A stretch of DNA of 64,000 bases. Origin: an uncultured delta proteobacterium (GTDB taxonomy: Bacteria; Desulfobacterota; Deferrisomatia; Deferrisomatales; JACRMM01). The translations under genes and the position numbers were made by a program. The stretch covers positions 62,643 through 126,642 of the forward strand of contig CAVPOV010000014.1 of NCBI GenBank assembly GCA_963707045.1, written 5' to 3'. Below the pieces are notes generated by a model. It did no database searches. It had not been told where the DNA came from and saw only the letters and a list, made by a program, of their open reading frames with translations. Shown piece by piece: positions 1-8,972 of the stretch (positions are counted from its first letter, which is position 1; each line of letters starts with the position of its first letter).

Positions 1-386
1 TCCTCCTCGCCGACGAGGATGTTCTTGAGGCCCGCGTGCCCCGCGCCCCACCAGGAGGCCAGGTCCGAGCGCCCGTCCCAGGCCCGCACGTCGAGGAAGG
101 AGAGCACCCGGAGCCGCCGTGGCTTCGCGGCCCAGAGGGGCTGGAAGTCGAGCCAGGCCCGGAGGTCGTCGTGTACCATCCGGGCCTCGTCGATGCCGGT
201 GAAGTCCCGGTACGCCCCGGGGATGAGCTCCACGGCCCGCTCCGGGGGCGCCCCCATGCCGGGCAGGGGGAAGACCACCACGGCCTCGTAGCCGCGGTCC
301 TCCAGCCACTCGAGCTCCGCCGCGACCTCCTCGGGCCGTCGCCCGAAGAGGCACCAGTGCATGTGCGCGTCGATCAGGCCGGGCAT
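1..386 (-). CDS. amidohydrolase-family metal-dependent hydrolase, N-terminal part (3' end lies beyond the window start)
   Basis: Minus-strand translation from ATG (386-384) gives MPGLIDAHMHWCLFGRRPEEVAAELEWLEDRGYEAVVVFPLPGMG... IDAHMH is the HxH metal-binding start typical of amidohydrolase-fold enzymes. It is not in the ORF track because it is open at the window edge. Confidence 0.55.
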   Translation of the reverse strand, partial: MPGLIDAHMHWCLFGRRPEEVAAELEWLEDRGYEAVVVFPLPGMGAPPERAVELIPGAYRDFTGIDEARMVHDDLRAWLDFQPLWAAKPRRLRVLSFLDVRAWDGRSDLASWWGAGHAGLKNILVGEE

Positions 387-782
387 GGAAGACCCCTTTC
401 GCCCGCGCCCCGGGCGACCCTCACGGCGCGGCCCACGGCAACACCTCCACGCCGTGGCGGGCCTGCACCTGCCTGCCGCCGCACATCAGGGCGGCGGGCG
501 CCTCCGGATCGTTCGCGGTCTGCCGACGAGAACCCGGATGCAGGAGAAAGGTGCGGGGCGCGCCGGGGCCCGGTCGGCGTCACGGCCGGGTGGCTCCGGG
601 CTGCGCGCGGCAAGAGGGGTTCGAGGGCTCGGGGGAGCAAGAAGCCTCCAATCTGAATTGCGAAGATTCAAATTACACGGAGCGGCTTTGCCGCTCAACC
701 CGGGTCTGCCCTCACCGGTTCACCGCGGCGGCACGAGTCCCGGCCGGAGAACGGGGGTCTCGACCAGCCGGAGGGTGACGTC

Positions 783-809
783 TTGACCCAATCGTTTAGT
801 CGCTATACT
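783..809 (+). promoter_or_regulatory. candidate sigma70-type promoter upstream of the MarR gene
   Basis: TTGACC (783-788) and TATACT (804-809) sit in a locally AT-rich patch about 35 bp upstream of the 844 start. The spacer is only 15 bp, so this is a weak call. Confidence 0.25.
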
Positions 810-843
810 TTATCTCCGCCCCAGGCCTTCGCGAGGGAAGACG

Positions 844-1326
844 ATGACGCGCAAGCAGGTCAGCAAGCAGCTTCTGGCTTCGTTTCTCCGGATGGTCAAC
901 AAGTACAACGCCATGGAGAAGCACCCCGTGCGCCACGGCGCGGGAGAGGCGTTCTTCCACTCGGAGCGCCACCTGCTCGACGTCTTCCGCGACCACCCCG
1001 AGCTCAACATCACCGAGCTCGCGGAGCGGGTGGGCGTCACCAAGGGGGCCGTCTCCCAGGCGGTGGCCAAGCTCGAGCGCAAGGGGGCCGTCGAGCGCCA
1101 CAAGGGAGCCGTCGACGACAAGCAGGTGCTCGTCCGTCTCACCCCGCTGGGGCAGGCGATCACGGAACAGCACCAACAGGTGAACGAGCAGACGGTGAAC
1201 CGGCTGTTCCACCTGATCGCCGAGAGGCCCCAGGAGCAGGTGGACTTCCTCCGGGAGGTGTTCGCCTGGATCGAGGACCACCTGGACGACGGGCTGCGCC
1301 GCATGCAGTCCCGCCACGACCATTGA
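844..1326 (+). CDS. MarR-family winged-helix transcriptional regulator
   Basis: 160-aa ORF. The central segment ELNITELAERVGVTKGAVSQAVAKLERKGAVERHKGAVDDKQVLVRLTPLG matches the MarR wHTH pattern (HTH, then D.R...V.LT..G). Confidence 0.8.
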   Translation: MTRKQVSKQLLASFLRMVNKYNAMEKHPVRHGAGEAFFHSERHLLDVFRDHPELNITELAERVGVTKGAVSQAVAKLERKGAVERHKGAVDDKQVLVRLTPLGQAITEQHQQVNEQTVNRLFHLIAERPQEQVDFLREVFAWIEDHLDDGLRRMQSRHDH

Positions 1327-1386
1327 GGAGGGCGGGCCTTTTTTCGGGCGGATCGTTCAGCAACTAAACCACAAGGGGAGACGACC

Positions 1387-1629
1387 ATGATCGAGACGCG
1401 CAAGGGCGGGACGCAGGGCCGGGGACGGTGGTATCTGGGGCTGGGAATTTCCGGGATCGCCCTGCTCTGGCTGGCGAAGAAGGCCGCCTGGCTGGGCGTG
1501 GGGTCGAGCGGGGTCTTCTGGCCCGTCCTCCTCCTGGGGGTCGGGCTCGCCGTGGCCGCCGGCGGCGTGTTCCACACCGGCCGCCGCCGCTGCGCCAGGG
1601 GCCCGGGGGTCCGCGCAGGGAATGCCTGA
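1387..1629 (+). CDS. small membrane protein (two predicted TM helices)
   Basis: 80-aa ORF with hydrophobic stretches WYLGLGISGIALLWLA and VFWPVLLLGVGLAVAAGGVF. GGAGA lies upstream of the ATG. No family was recognised. Confidence 0.4.
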   Translation: MIETRKGGTQGRGRWYLGLGISGIALLWLAKKAAWLGVGSSGVFWPVLLLGVGLAVAAGGVFHTGRRRCARGPGVRAGNA

Positions 1630-1631
1630 CC

Positions 1632-2117
1632 GTGCGCGAGGGCGCACACCGGGGCAGGCTCCGGCTCGGGTTCCTCGCGGACCACCCCGAGGCGGTCCCC
1701 ACGCTCGCGGAGTGGTTCGAGGCCGAGTGGGGGGCCCATTACGGCCCGACCGGTCCGGGGGACGCGCGCCGCGACCTCCTCGCCCGTGCGAACCGCGACG
1801 CCCTGCCGGTCGCGCTGGTCGCGTGGTGGGAGGGGGAGCTCGGCGGCACCGCGGCCCTCGAGGCGGAGTCCGTTCCCACGCCTTCCCGCCTGGGTCCGTG
1901 GATCGCCGCGGGCCTGGTGCGCCCCGCACTCCGGGGCCGCGGGGTCGGCACCGAGCTCGTCCGCTCCCTGGAGGAGCTCGCCCGGGGGATGGGGCACGCT
2001 CGCGTGTACTGCGGCACCTCGGCGGCCGGCGGAATCCTCGCCCGCCGAGGGTGGCGGCTCCGGGAGCGTGTCCGGCACGGCGGTGGGGTCGTGCCCGTCT
2101 ACCGGAAGACGCTCTGA
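1632..2117 (+). CDS. GNAT-family N-acetyltransferase
   Basis: C-terminal part of ORF 1428..2117. It contains AGLVRPALRGRGVGTELVRSLEELARGMG (the GNAT acetyl-CoA motif R/Q-x-x-G-x-G/A). I chose the GTG at 1632, just after the stop of the preceding small ORF. Confidence 0.7.
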   Translation: MREGAHRGRLRLGFLADHPEAVPTLAEWFEAEWGAHYGPTGPGDARRDLLARANRDALPVALVAWWEGELGGTAALEAESVPTPSRLGPWIAAGLVRPALRGRGVGTELVRSLEELARGMGHARVYCGTSAAGGILARRGWRLRERVRHGGGVVPVYRKTL

Positions 2118-2235
2118 GCAGGGAGGGGCGGAGCGGTTTCGGTCAGCAGCCGGCGGGGGCGGTCCGCGCCCCCCTCCGGCCCCCGAGGGAGGCGGCTCGC
2201 GCGGCCCGTGCGGCCGCGCCGCCCCCGGGGCCCCC

Positions 2236-5158
2236 CTAGTACAGGTAGCGGAAGGTCACGTACCCCCGGGTACCCCCGTCCTCGTCGAAGCCGTAGGCCA
2301 CCCCTCCGGCGAGCGTCGTGGGCAGGTAGTAGCCGAGCAGCGTGTCCACGCGAAGCTCCGCGCCCACGCCCCTGCGCCACTCGTCGTCGTCGCCGCGCCA
2401 GGCCCGGCCCGCGTCGAAGAACCCCGCCGCGTGCATCCGGCGCAGGAACACGGGCCAGTCCCGGACGCCGCGGAAGGGGCTCCAGAGGGGGAAGCGCACT
2501 TCGGCCGATCCCGCGAACGCCCTCTCCCCCCGGGACACCCGCGCATCGTAGCCGCGCACCGGGAACTCTCCCTCGAGGCCGCCCACCTGGAACAGCGACT
2601 GGAAGGGAACGTCGTCGCCCCAGCCCACGCCGCCCTTCCCCCGCAGGGCGACGACGGTGTGCGTCAGGCCCGGCACCGCGACGTACTCCCGCCACTCGCC
2701 CAGCATCGACTGGGTGTCGAGATCGGCGCCGAGCGCCTCGCTGGTGACCCGGAACCCGGCCTCCAGCCACCGCCCCCCTTCCGGGCCGACCGTGAAGGCG
2801 TTGCGGTGGGGGAAGGACGAGTCGTACCGCGCCGAGAGGGTGAGGGGGTTCCAGGTCCCGTCGAAGACGAGGTCGGCCAGGTCCCGGCGGCCCCGCAGGT
2901 CGTCTCCGACCACGGAGAGGCGGTCCCGCTCCTCCCACGCCCACTCCAGCGCCACGCTCCAGCGCCGCAGCACGCGGGGCAGGTTCTGCCGCACCTCCAG
3001 CCCGATCCCGTGCGTCTCCTCCCAGTAGTCCAGGTCGGACGCCGGGCACGTCGAACAAATCGGCGTAGAGCACGGGCAGGCGCCAGGCCCGCGCCGTCAG
3101 GGTGGGGTAGGTGGTGTCGTTGCGGTAGATGCCCCGGCCGAAGAAGCGCTGGCTGTCCACGGCCCAGTAGCCCGCCGCGAAGTAGGCGTGGCGCTGCAGG
3201 GGGTCGTGGCCCGCGGTCCACACGCCGGGGGCCGGCCCCTGGTTGTCCGCGATGGCGTCCGGAAGCCAGAACGTCGGCCGGAGCCGGTCCTTCCCCGCGT
3301 AGTCCCCGACGGTTCCCGGCGGGGGCGCGGGTGCCGGGGGCTCCCGGGGAGCCGCGACCAGCGGCTCCGGCGAGAGGGGCACGGGATCGGAGAGGGCGTC
3401 GGCCACGTCCAGCACCGACACCGCGAAACCCCCGGCGGAGTAGCTCGTGAAGGCGAGCCTCCCCCCGTCCGGGGACCAGTCCGGCTCGAACGCGCCGCCG
3501 AGAACCCGCGTCAGCCGGCGGCACGCCCCCGTTTCCCCGTCCCACAGGTAGAGGTCGAAGACCCCGGAGCGGTCCCACGCGAAGGCCAGCGAACGCCCGT
3601 CGGGATGCCAGGCGGGGAAGCCCGCCTGGGAGCCCTCCGGCGTCAGGAGGCGGACGTCTCCGCTCGCGACGTCGAGGACGGCCAGCCGCGCGTAGCCCGC
3701 TGTCCGTCTTCCGGGAAAACGCGATCCGCGTCCCGTCCGGCGACCACCGGGGCGTGTCGTAGCGCACGCCGGGCTCCTCGAGCACCACCCGCTCGGCGGT
3801 CCCCCCGGGCGCTTCCGTGAGGACCACCAGCCGGTGTCGCGCCCCCTCGAGCCGGACCGCGGCGAAGGCCCCGGCCGCGTCGCTGTGGTCGGCCTCGAGG
3901 ATCCGCGCCCCCCGCGTCAGGCGGCGGGCCGGGCCGCCCTCGACGCCCACGGCGTAGAGGTCCGTCCGGATGGTCTCCCCCGCGAAGGGCCGGTGGACCT
4001 CGACCCGGGGATAGACGACGTCTCCGGCCCGCAGGGTCGGGCGGGCGGTGGAGCCGGGGCGTTCCGCCAGCCGGCCCTCGGTGCCCGCGGCCAGGTCCCG
4101 GCGCACCAGCGCCGCCTTCACGCCCGTGTCCCTGGTGTAGGCCACCGTGCCGGCGTCGAGCCACAGGGGGCCCCAGGACGAGTAGCCGGGCGACGAGACC
4201 GTCTCGTGCCGGGTCAGCCCCTCCCGGGACAGCCGGTCGATCTCGGGGCGGTACTCCTTCTCCAGGTCGGCGAGCATCCGGCGGTACAGCCCCTGGTAGG
4301 CCTCCCCGGTCGCCCGCGCCGGGGGCCGGTCGATGGCGTAGGGGATGCGGCCCGAGTGGCCCCGCACGAGGTCTCCCAGGGCCCCCGCACCGTGGCGCTC
4401 CTCGACGAGCTGCAGGAGGCGGGCGCCGTAGATGTAGCGCGTCGCGTAGCTCGGCCACGCGGGGAAGTCCCCGCCGAGGCGGTCCAGCGGGGGAACGGCG
4501 CCCTCGGCCACGTCGCACCGGTAGATCATCCGGTACAGCGTCGAGCCCTTGCGGCCGCGGCCCGTGAGGTCGGTCTCCAGGTTCGTGGCGAACCCCTCGT
4601 GGAACCACGGGGGCAGGAAGACGTTCGGCGGTGCGGCGAAGAACCAGAACAGGGCGCCGACCGGGGTGGCCGGGACCCCGACCCGCCCGAAGATCTTCCG
4701 CATCACGGCCGAGTAGCCGCGCACCGGGTCCAGGCCCAGGACGTGCGCGTACTCGTGCACGAAGATGGTCTGAGCCAGCCGTCGTAGTCGCCCACCGTCC
4801 ACAGCATGGGCGGCGGCACGGGGAAGATCCGGATCTGGCTGTACGGGAAGATCGTCGTGTAGCCGTTGCCCAGGTCCGTCCGGTCGACGAGCGTCACCTC
4901 CGTGCGCTGCGCCGGCTCCCAGCCCACGACCTCCACCATGGGCCCGTGGACCTCCTCGGCCGCGCGGGCCAGCACCTCCGCCTGCCCGGACAGCTCCTCC
5001 GGGTAGTGGATGCGGAAGTGCTCCGTCGTGCGCGTCCGCCAGCGCAGGGCCGGGTCGTAGACGGCGGCGCCGCCGACGCCCGGCACCACCTGCGCGAGCA
5101 CCAACAGACCCCACAGCGCGAGCCGGCGTCCTAGCGGCGGAACCCCCGTCTGCCCCAT
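2236..5158 (-). pseudogene. large secreted outer-membrane protein (HExxH peptidase-like region, TolB-like beta-propeller, Omp85/surface-antigen beta-barrel), with 3 frame changes
   Basis: The signal peptide MGQTGVPPLGRRLALWGLLVLAQV starts at 5158. FVHEYAHVLG supplies an HExxH motif. Propeller-type repeats are present (RWSPDGTRIAFS, AWHPDGRSLAF, DWSPDGGRLAF). The C-terminal barrel ends ...GYVTFRYLY with an aromatic terminus. Recognisable sequence hops frame near 4775, 3705 (agcgggctac) and 3040. Confidence 0.65.
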
Positions 5159-5297
5159 TCGTTCTCTCCGGGTGCTGGCGCGAACGTCACGGGGTGCCAG
5201 TCTGACGCGGAACTCGCCCGGGTCAAAGGGCGGAGGCCCCCGGGGCGGCCTTGCGCGGCGGCACGGGGGCCGGAGGCCTCGCCAGGCGGTTTTCCGG

Positions 5298-5337
5298 TTG
5301 ACGCCGATGAATGGGGCCGTTATTGTGCATATGCACA
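5298..5337 (+). promoter_or_regulatory. candidate promoter with an overlapping 14-bp palindromic operator
   Basis: TTGACG (5298-5303), a 17-bp spacer, then TATTGT (5321-5326). The perfect palindrome TGTGCATATGCACA (5324-5337) overlaps the -10. The site is 20 bp upstream of the GGAGGT RBS and ATG of the 5357 gene. Confidence 0.45.
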
Positions 5338-5356
5338 TTAAACAGGAGGTACGACC

Positions 5357-5746
5357 ATGAAGCTCTGCTTTCCCGTGGCGAAGAACGAAGGACTCGACAG
5401 CCAGGTGTTCGGCCATTTCGGCTCGGCCCCGATGTTCGTGGTGGTGGACGCGGAGGCCGGGCGGGTGGCGGAGGTCGTCAACCGCGACCTGCACCACGCC
5501 CACGGCGCGTGCAGCCCCGTGAAGGCGCTGGGCGGGCACGCCGTGGACGCCGTGGTGGTGGGCGGCATCGGGGGCGGTGCGCTCTCGGGGCTCTCGCGGG
5601 CGGGGATCCGCGTGCTCGCGGCGGGCGCGTCGACGGTGAAGGAGAACGTCGCCCTCGCCCGGGAGGGGGCCCTGCGGGAGTGGGAGCCCGGCCGCACCTG
5701 CGGCGGCCACGGTCACGGACACGGCTGCGGCCACCACGGCCCGTGA
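5357..5746 (+). CDS. NifB/NifX-family (dinitrogenase FeMo-cofactor biosynthesis-like) domain protein with His-rich tail
   Basis: MKLCFPVAKNEGLDSQVFGHFGSAPMFVVVDAEAG...VVVGGIGGGALSGLSRAGIRV is the typical pattern of the NifX/NifB-type small domain. The tail is GGHGHGHGCGHHGP. Confidence 0.7.
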   Translation: MKLCFPVAKNEGLDSQVFGHFGSAPMFVVVDAEAGRVAEVVNRDLHHAHGACSPVKALGGHAVDAVVVGGIGGGALSGLSRAGIRVLAAGASTVKENVALAREGALREWEPGRTCGGHGHGHGCGHHGP

Positions 5747-6621
5747 GCCCGAGACCCCGGAAGCCGAGGCGCTGCGCCTGCGCCGCCCGGTGGGGCGGCG
5801 GCCTCGTGTACAAGCCCGCGGGGACCCCCCTGCGGGACCTCGTCCGGATCGGCCTGCGGCAGGACGAGCTGGAGGCGCTCCGGCTCTGCGACGCCGACGG
5901 GCTCTCCCAGGCGGAGGCCGGCGAGCGGATGGGGGTCTCCCGCGGCACCGTTCAGCGGCTCGTGTCGAGCGGGAGGTCCAAGGCGGCGCGGGCCCTGTCG
6001 GACGGGGCGGCCCTGGTCCTCGAAGGCCAAGGAGGAAGGGAGATGGCGAAGCCCCATCCCGAAGCCGGCAAGTCCAGCTTCGACCTCGTCGACCGGGACG
6101 CGCTCCTGGCCGCCGTGCCGCTGGCCGCGGTCCGCCGCGTGCTCGACCTGGGGTGCGGCGCCGGTGCCTACACCCTGTGGCTCGCGAAGCACCTCGGCCC
6201 CGGGGGCACGATCCTGGGGGTCGACGTGTGGGCCGAAGGGATCTCCCGCCTGCTCGCAGCAGCCCGGGAAGAGCGCCTCGCCAACGTGGGCGCGGAGGTC
6301 TGCGACCTGGCGGACCTGGACCCGGTTCGGGACGGCGAGGCCGACCTCGCGCTGATGGCTACGGTGCTCCACGACCTCGTGCCCCGCGGCACGGCGCCGG
6401 CCGCCCTCCGGGAGGCGGCGCGCGCCGTGCGGCCGGGCGGGCGGCTGGCGGTGGTGGAGTTCAAGAAGGCCGACACCCCGCGGGGGCCGCCGGCGAGCAT
6501 CCGCCTCTCCCCGGACGAACTGACGGAGCTCGTCGCGCCCTTCGGCTTCGCCCCGTCCGGGGTCGTCGATCTCGGAACGGACCTCTACCTGGCCGTGTTC
6601 TCCCGCACGGAAGGCCCCTGA
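5743..6621 (+). CDS. DUF134 (UPF0251) putative DNA-binding domain fused to a class I SAM-dependent methyltransferase
   Basis: The GTG at 5743 overlaps the upstream stop (GTGA). The N-terminus PRPRKPRRC..YKPAG...LRQDELEALRLCDADGLSQAEAGERMGVSRGTVQRLV is DUF134-like with a sigma70-region-4-type HTH. No stop codon separates it from VLDLGCGAGAYTLWLA...VRPGGRLAVVEF (SAM-MTase motifs I and post-I). Confidence 0.6.
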   Translation: MSPRPRKPRRCACAARWGGGLVYKPAGTPLRDLVRIGLRQDELEALRLCDADGLSQAEAGERMGVSRGTVQRLVSSGRSKAARALSDGAALVLEGQGGREMAKPHPEAGKSSFDLVDRDALLAAVPLAAVRRVLDLGCGAGAYTLWLAKHLGPGGTILGVDVWAEGISRLLAAAREERLANVGAEVCDLADLDPVRDGEADLALMATVLHDLVPRGTAPAALREAARAVRPGGRLAVVEFKKADTPRGPPASIRLSPDELTELVAPFGFAPSGVVDLGTDLYLAVFSRTEGP

Positions 6622-6879
6622 GCGGGCCCCGGACGCGATCTGCCCCGCACCACGCGCGCCGCCGTGGCCGACGGGGAGGCGGCGGCCCTCGGGGGGATCG
6701 GCGCGACCCCCGACCCGGGGCCGCCTCGCGTGCCTTGACACTCCCTTCCCGCACCGGCAGGCTGCGCGGGCCGCCACGGTGAACGCGGCGGCGGGGGCCC
6801 CGGAGGTGCGGGCTCTCGGAGTCGGGGGATTCCCGGGGCGGATTCGTCAACGAGGCGGAACGATCGAGGAGGTTGGCAG

Positions 6880-8010
6880 ATGAAGGAGATTTCCACCGTC
6901 GGCGTGGTCGGCTTCGGGGTCATGGGCGCGGCGATCGGCCTGAACGCGGCGACGGCCGGGTACCGGGTCGTGTTCAAGGAGCTAAACGACGACCTCGTGA
7001 AGCAGATGTACGACCGCTGGGTCGTCGCCGCGCTCGAGAAGCGCGTCGGCCAGGGGAAGATGACCCGGGCCCAGATGGACGACGTCACCTCGAGGATCAC
7101 CGGGACGAGCCGGTACGAGGGGCTGGCCGGGTGCGACCTCGTGATCGAGGCGGCCGTGGAGAAGATGGACCTCAAGATCCGGATCTTCGAGGACCTCTCG
7201 AAGCACTGCCGGCCCGACGCCATCCTCGTGAGCAACACCTCGACGTTCCTGATCGAGAAGCTCATGGAGCGCGCCACCCACCCCGAGCGGACGGCGGGCC
7301 TGCACTACTTCTTCCCGGCCAACGTCAACCGCCTGGTGGAGGTCATCCGCCAGGAGAAGACGAGCGACGCCACCTACCAGGCCCTGATGAAGTTCGCGGA
7401 GAAGAACCGGAAGACCGCGATCACGGTGCGCGACTTCCCCGGCTTCGCGATCAACCCCATCTTCATCGCGAGCTACATGGTCCTCGACTCCTTCCACGAC
7501 GGCGGGAAATGGAACGTCGCCACCCTGGACGACATCTCCTGCAAGGCCCTCGGGGTGCGGTTCGGGATCATGTGGGTCCAGAACGGCTCCGGCCTGGGCA
7601 CCGCCTACCACGCGGCCGAGTCCATGCACGACTACCTGGCCGACACCGACGTGGGCTACCCGCCGGTGCCGGAGGCGCTGAAGGCGCAGTTCGCGAGCGG
7701 CAAGCCGTGGAACCTGGAGGACGGGCCGGTGCTGGAGGACGCGGCGGCCCGGAACGCCGTGCGGGACCGCCTGCTCGGCGCGATCTTCGCCATCGCGACC
7801 CACCTGATCGAGAAGAAGGTCGTCACCCTCGAGGACCTGGAGCTCGGGGTGTGCACCTCCCTCGCCTGGCCCAAGGGCCCCTTCGCCCTGATGAACGAGA
7901 TGGGGATGGAAGAGGCGGCCCGCCTGGTCCGCCTGGCCGTCGCCGCGGGCGACTTCAAGATGCCGAAGGCCTTCGCCGGCGCGACTCCGGAGGCGTGGAA
8001 GCTGGGGTAG
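6880..8010 (+). CDS. 3-hydroxyacyl-CoA (3-hydroxybutyryl-CoA) dehydrogenase family protein
   Basis: 376-aa clean ORF. The N-terminal Rossmann motif is VGVVGFGVMGAAIGLNAATAGYRV. The family-typical segments NTSTF and HYFFPANVNRLVEV are also present. Confidence 0.85.
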   Translation: MKEISTVGVVGFGVMGAAIGLNAATAGYRVVFKELNDDLVKQMYDRWVVAALEKRVGQGKMTRAQMDDVTSRITGTSRYEGLAGCDLVIEAAVEKMDLKIRIFEDLSKHCRPDAILVSNTSTFLIEKLMERATHPERTAGLHYFFPANVNRLVEVIRQEKTSDATYQALMKFAEKNRKTAITVRDFPGFAINPIFIASYMVLDSFHDGGKWNVATLDDISCKALGVRFGIMWVQNGSGLGTAYHAAESMHDYLADTDVGYPPVPEALKAQFASGKPWNLEDGPVLEDAAARNAVRDRLLGAIFAIATHLIEKKVVTLEDLELGVCTSLAWPKGPFALMNEMGMEEAARLVRLAVAAGDFKMPKAFAGATPEAWKLG

Positions 8011-8208
8011 CCGCCCCTGGCCGTCTCCCTCGGCGGCTAGAACCCGGTCGCGCCCATCATGCCGAGCTCGGCGAGGCACAGGGGGCAGAACCGGACGGCC
8101 TCGGAGCTCCCGGCGCGGGCGGGGAGCGGGAGCCCGGCGGCAGGGTCGCTCTCGGGCGCCGTGTCGTCGTCCAGGTCGGCGTCGCAGCGGTCACAACGGT
8201 TCACGATC
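7886..8208. repeat. 323-bp direct repeat, copy 1 (3' end of the dehydrogenase gene plus a small Zn-ribbon ORF)
   Basis: Aligns base-for-base with 10391-10713 with 8 mismatches and no indels (about 97.5% identity). Confidence 0.9.
8037..8204 (-). CDS. small CxxC...CxxC zinc-ribbon protein (copy 1)
   Basis: VNRCDRCDADLDDDTAPESDPAAGLPLPARAGSSEAVRFCPLCLAELGMMGATGF. It is conserved in the second repeat copy. The GTG start is chosen at the repeat boundary, although the ORF track extends to 8282. Confidence 0.35.
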   Translation of the reverse strand: MNRCDRCDADLDDDTAPESDPAAGLPLPARAGSSEAVRFCPLCLAELGMMGATGF

Positions 8209-8300
8209 TCGACTCTCCGGCGGTGCCCGGCATCGCAAGCCACCGACGCCGGCATCGTCAGGCAACGCTCTCCCGCATCCACGTTTCCCCAGGCCGTCCT

Positions 8301-8665
8301 TAACTTCGCGCAGGGAGCACCACGAAATTCCCGGGATTCAGCTTGCGCTCACCGTCCCAGCGGTAGGCGACCAGGTGGCCACCTTTCGCCACACTGCAGT
8401 CCAGGCAACACGCGTTGGGAGTTTGCAGGACCGGGGGGGGGTATTGAACCAGTAGTGCCCGAAGAACACTGGCGGGGCTTCTGCGGGGTACGGCAAGCGC
8501 GCCGTTACAACACTCTCGGGCAGTGGGATGGACACATGCCCCGCATCACCTAGCCCGAACTCCCCGTAGGTCTTCCCCGCTGGATCATCCCACCAACGGA
8601 TCCGCACCGACGTGCGTCCAGATGTATAGAGACGACCCGGGGGCTTCCCCAAGAACACAAGAAGG
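8301..8665 (-). pseudogene. C-terminal remnant of a metallophosphoesterase (Ap4A-hydrolase/PrpE-like), frameshifted
   Basis: ...VRIRWWDDPAGKTYGEFGLGD...PPVFFGHYWF is followed, after a G9/C9 run at 8433-8441, in another frame by VLQTPNACCLDCSVAKGGHLVAYRWDGERKLNPGNFVVLPARS*. The N-terminal two-thirds of such enzymes are missing. Confidence 0.5.
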
Positions 8666-8813
8666 CAAGGACGTCCGTACCAGCCCTCTCTCGATCTTGC
8701 CCCCGGGGAACTCCCACAGGCCACCCAGGCGAGCGCCCTGACGGCGCTTGGCGATCAGGATCTGCCCGCCACGATCAAGGACGCCGGCCGTTACTCGGAC
8801 CATGAGAACCCTC
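8585..8813 (-). pseudogene. truncated NUDIX (MutT-like) gene fragment
   Basis: MVRVTAGVLDRGGQILIAKRRQGARLGGLWEFPGGKIE then breaks off inside the Nudix box. It is a paralogue of the intact gene at 15653-16063, sharing a 29-bp identical stretch (8691-8719 = 15951-15979). Confidence 0.6.
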
Positions 8814-8972
8814 GCTGAAATCGGCCCTCTCGCGGCTGGTGCTTCCGGAAAACCCCCGAACGGCGACCTGTGCTCTCCACGGGGCGCCGACTGCGGCCTG
8901 CTCGGCCTGGCGTTCGGCGGCTTCTTGGATCGTTGGTCCGTCCCCAAGTGTCCCAAGTGTCTCTTCGAGGGC

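Noticed and set aside
679-697. Small hairpin AGCGGC-TTT-GCCGCT in the AT-richer gap upstream of the MarR gene
   Set aside because: A 6-bp stem with no convincing U-tract on either strand and no gene for it to terminate. It is not reported as a terminator.
5311-5742. N-terminal 144 codons of ORF 5311..6621 as part of the DUF134 protein
   Set aside because: This portion overlaps the well-supported NifX-like gene in another frame and is Arg/Gly/Pro-rich. The DUF134 signature begins right after the GTG at 5743, which overlaps the upstream stop.
8946-8963. Tandem 9-mer CCAAGTGTC x2 between the Fic stop and the NUDIX fragment
   Set aside because: Only two units totalling 18 bp, with no partner site or associated regulator. 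It is too short to interpret.
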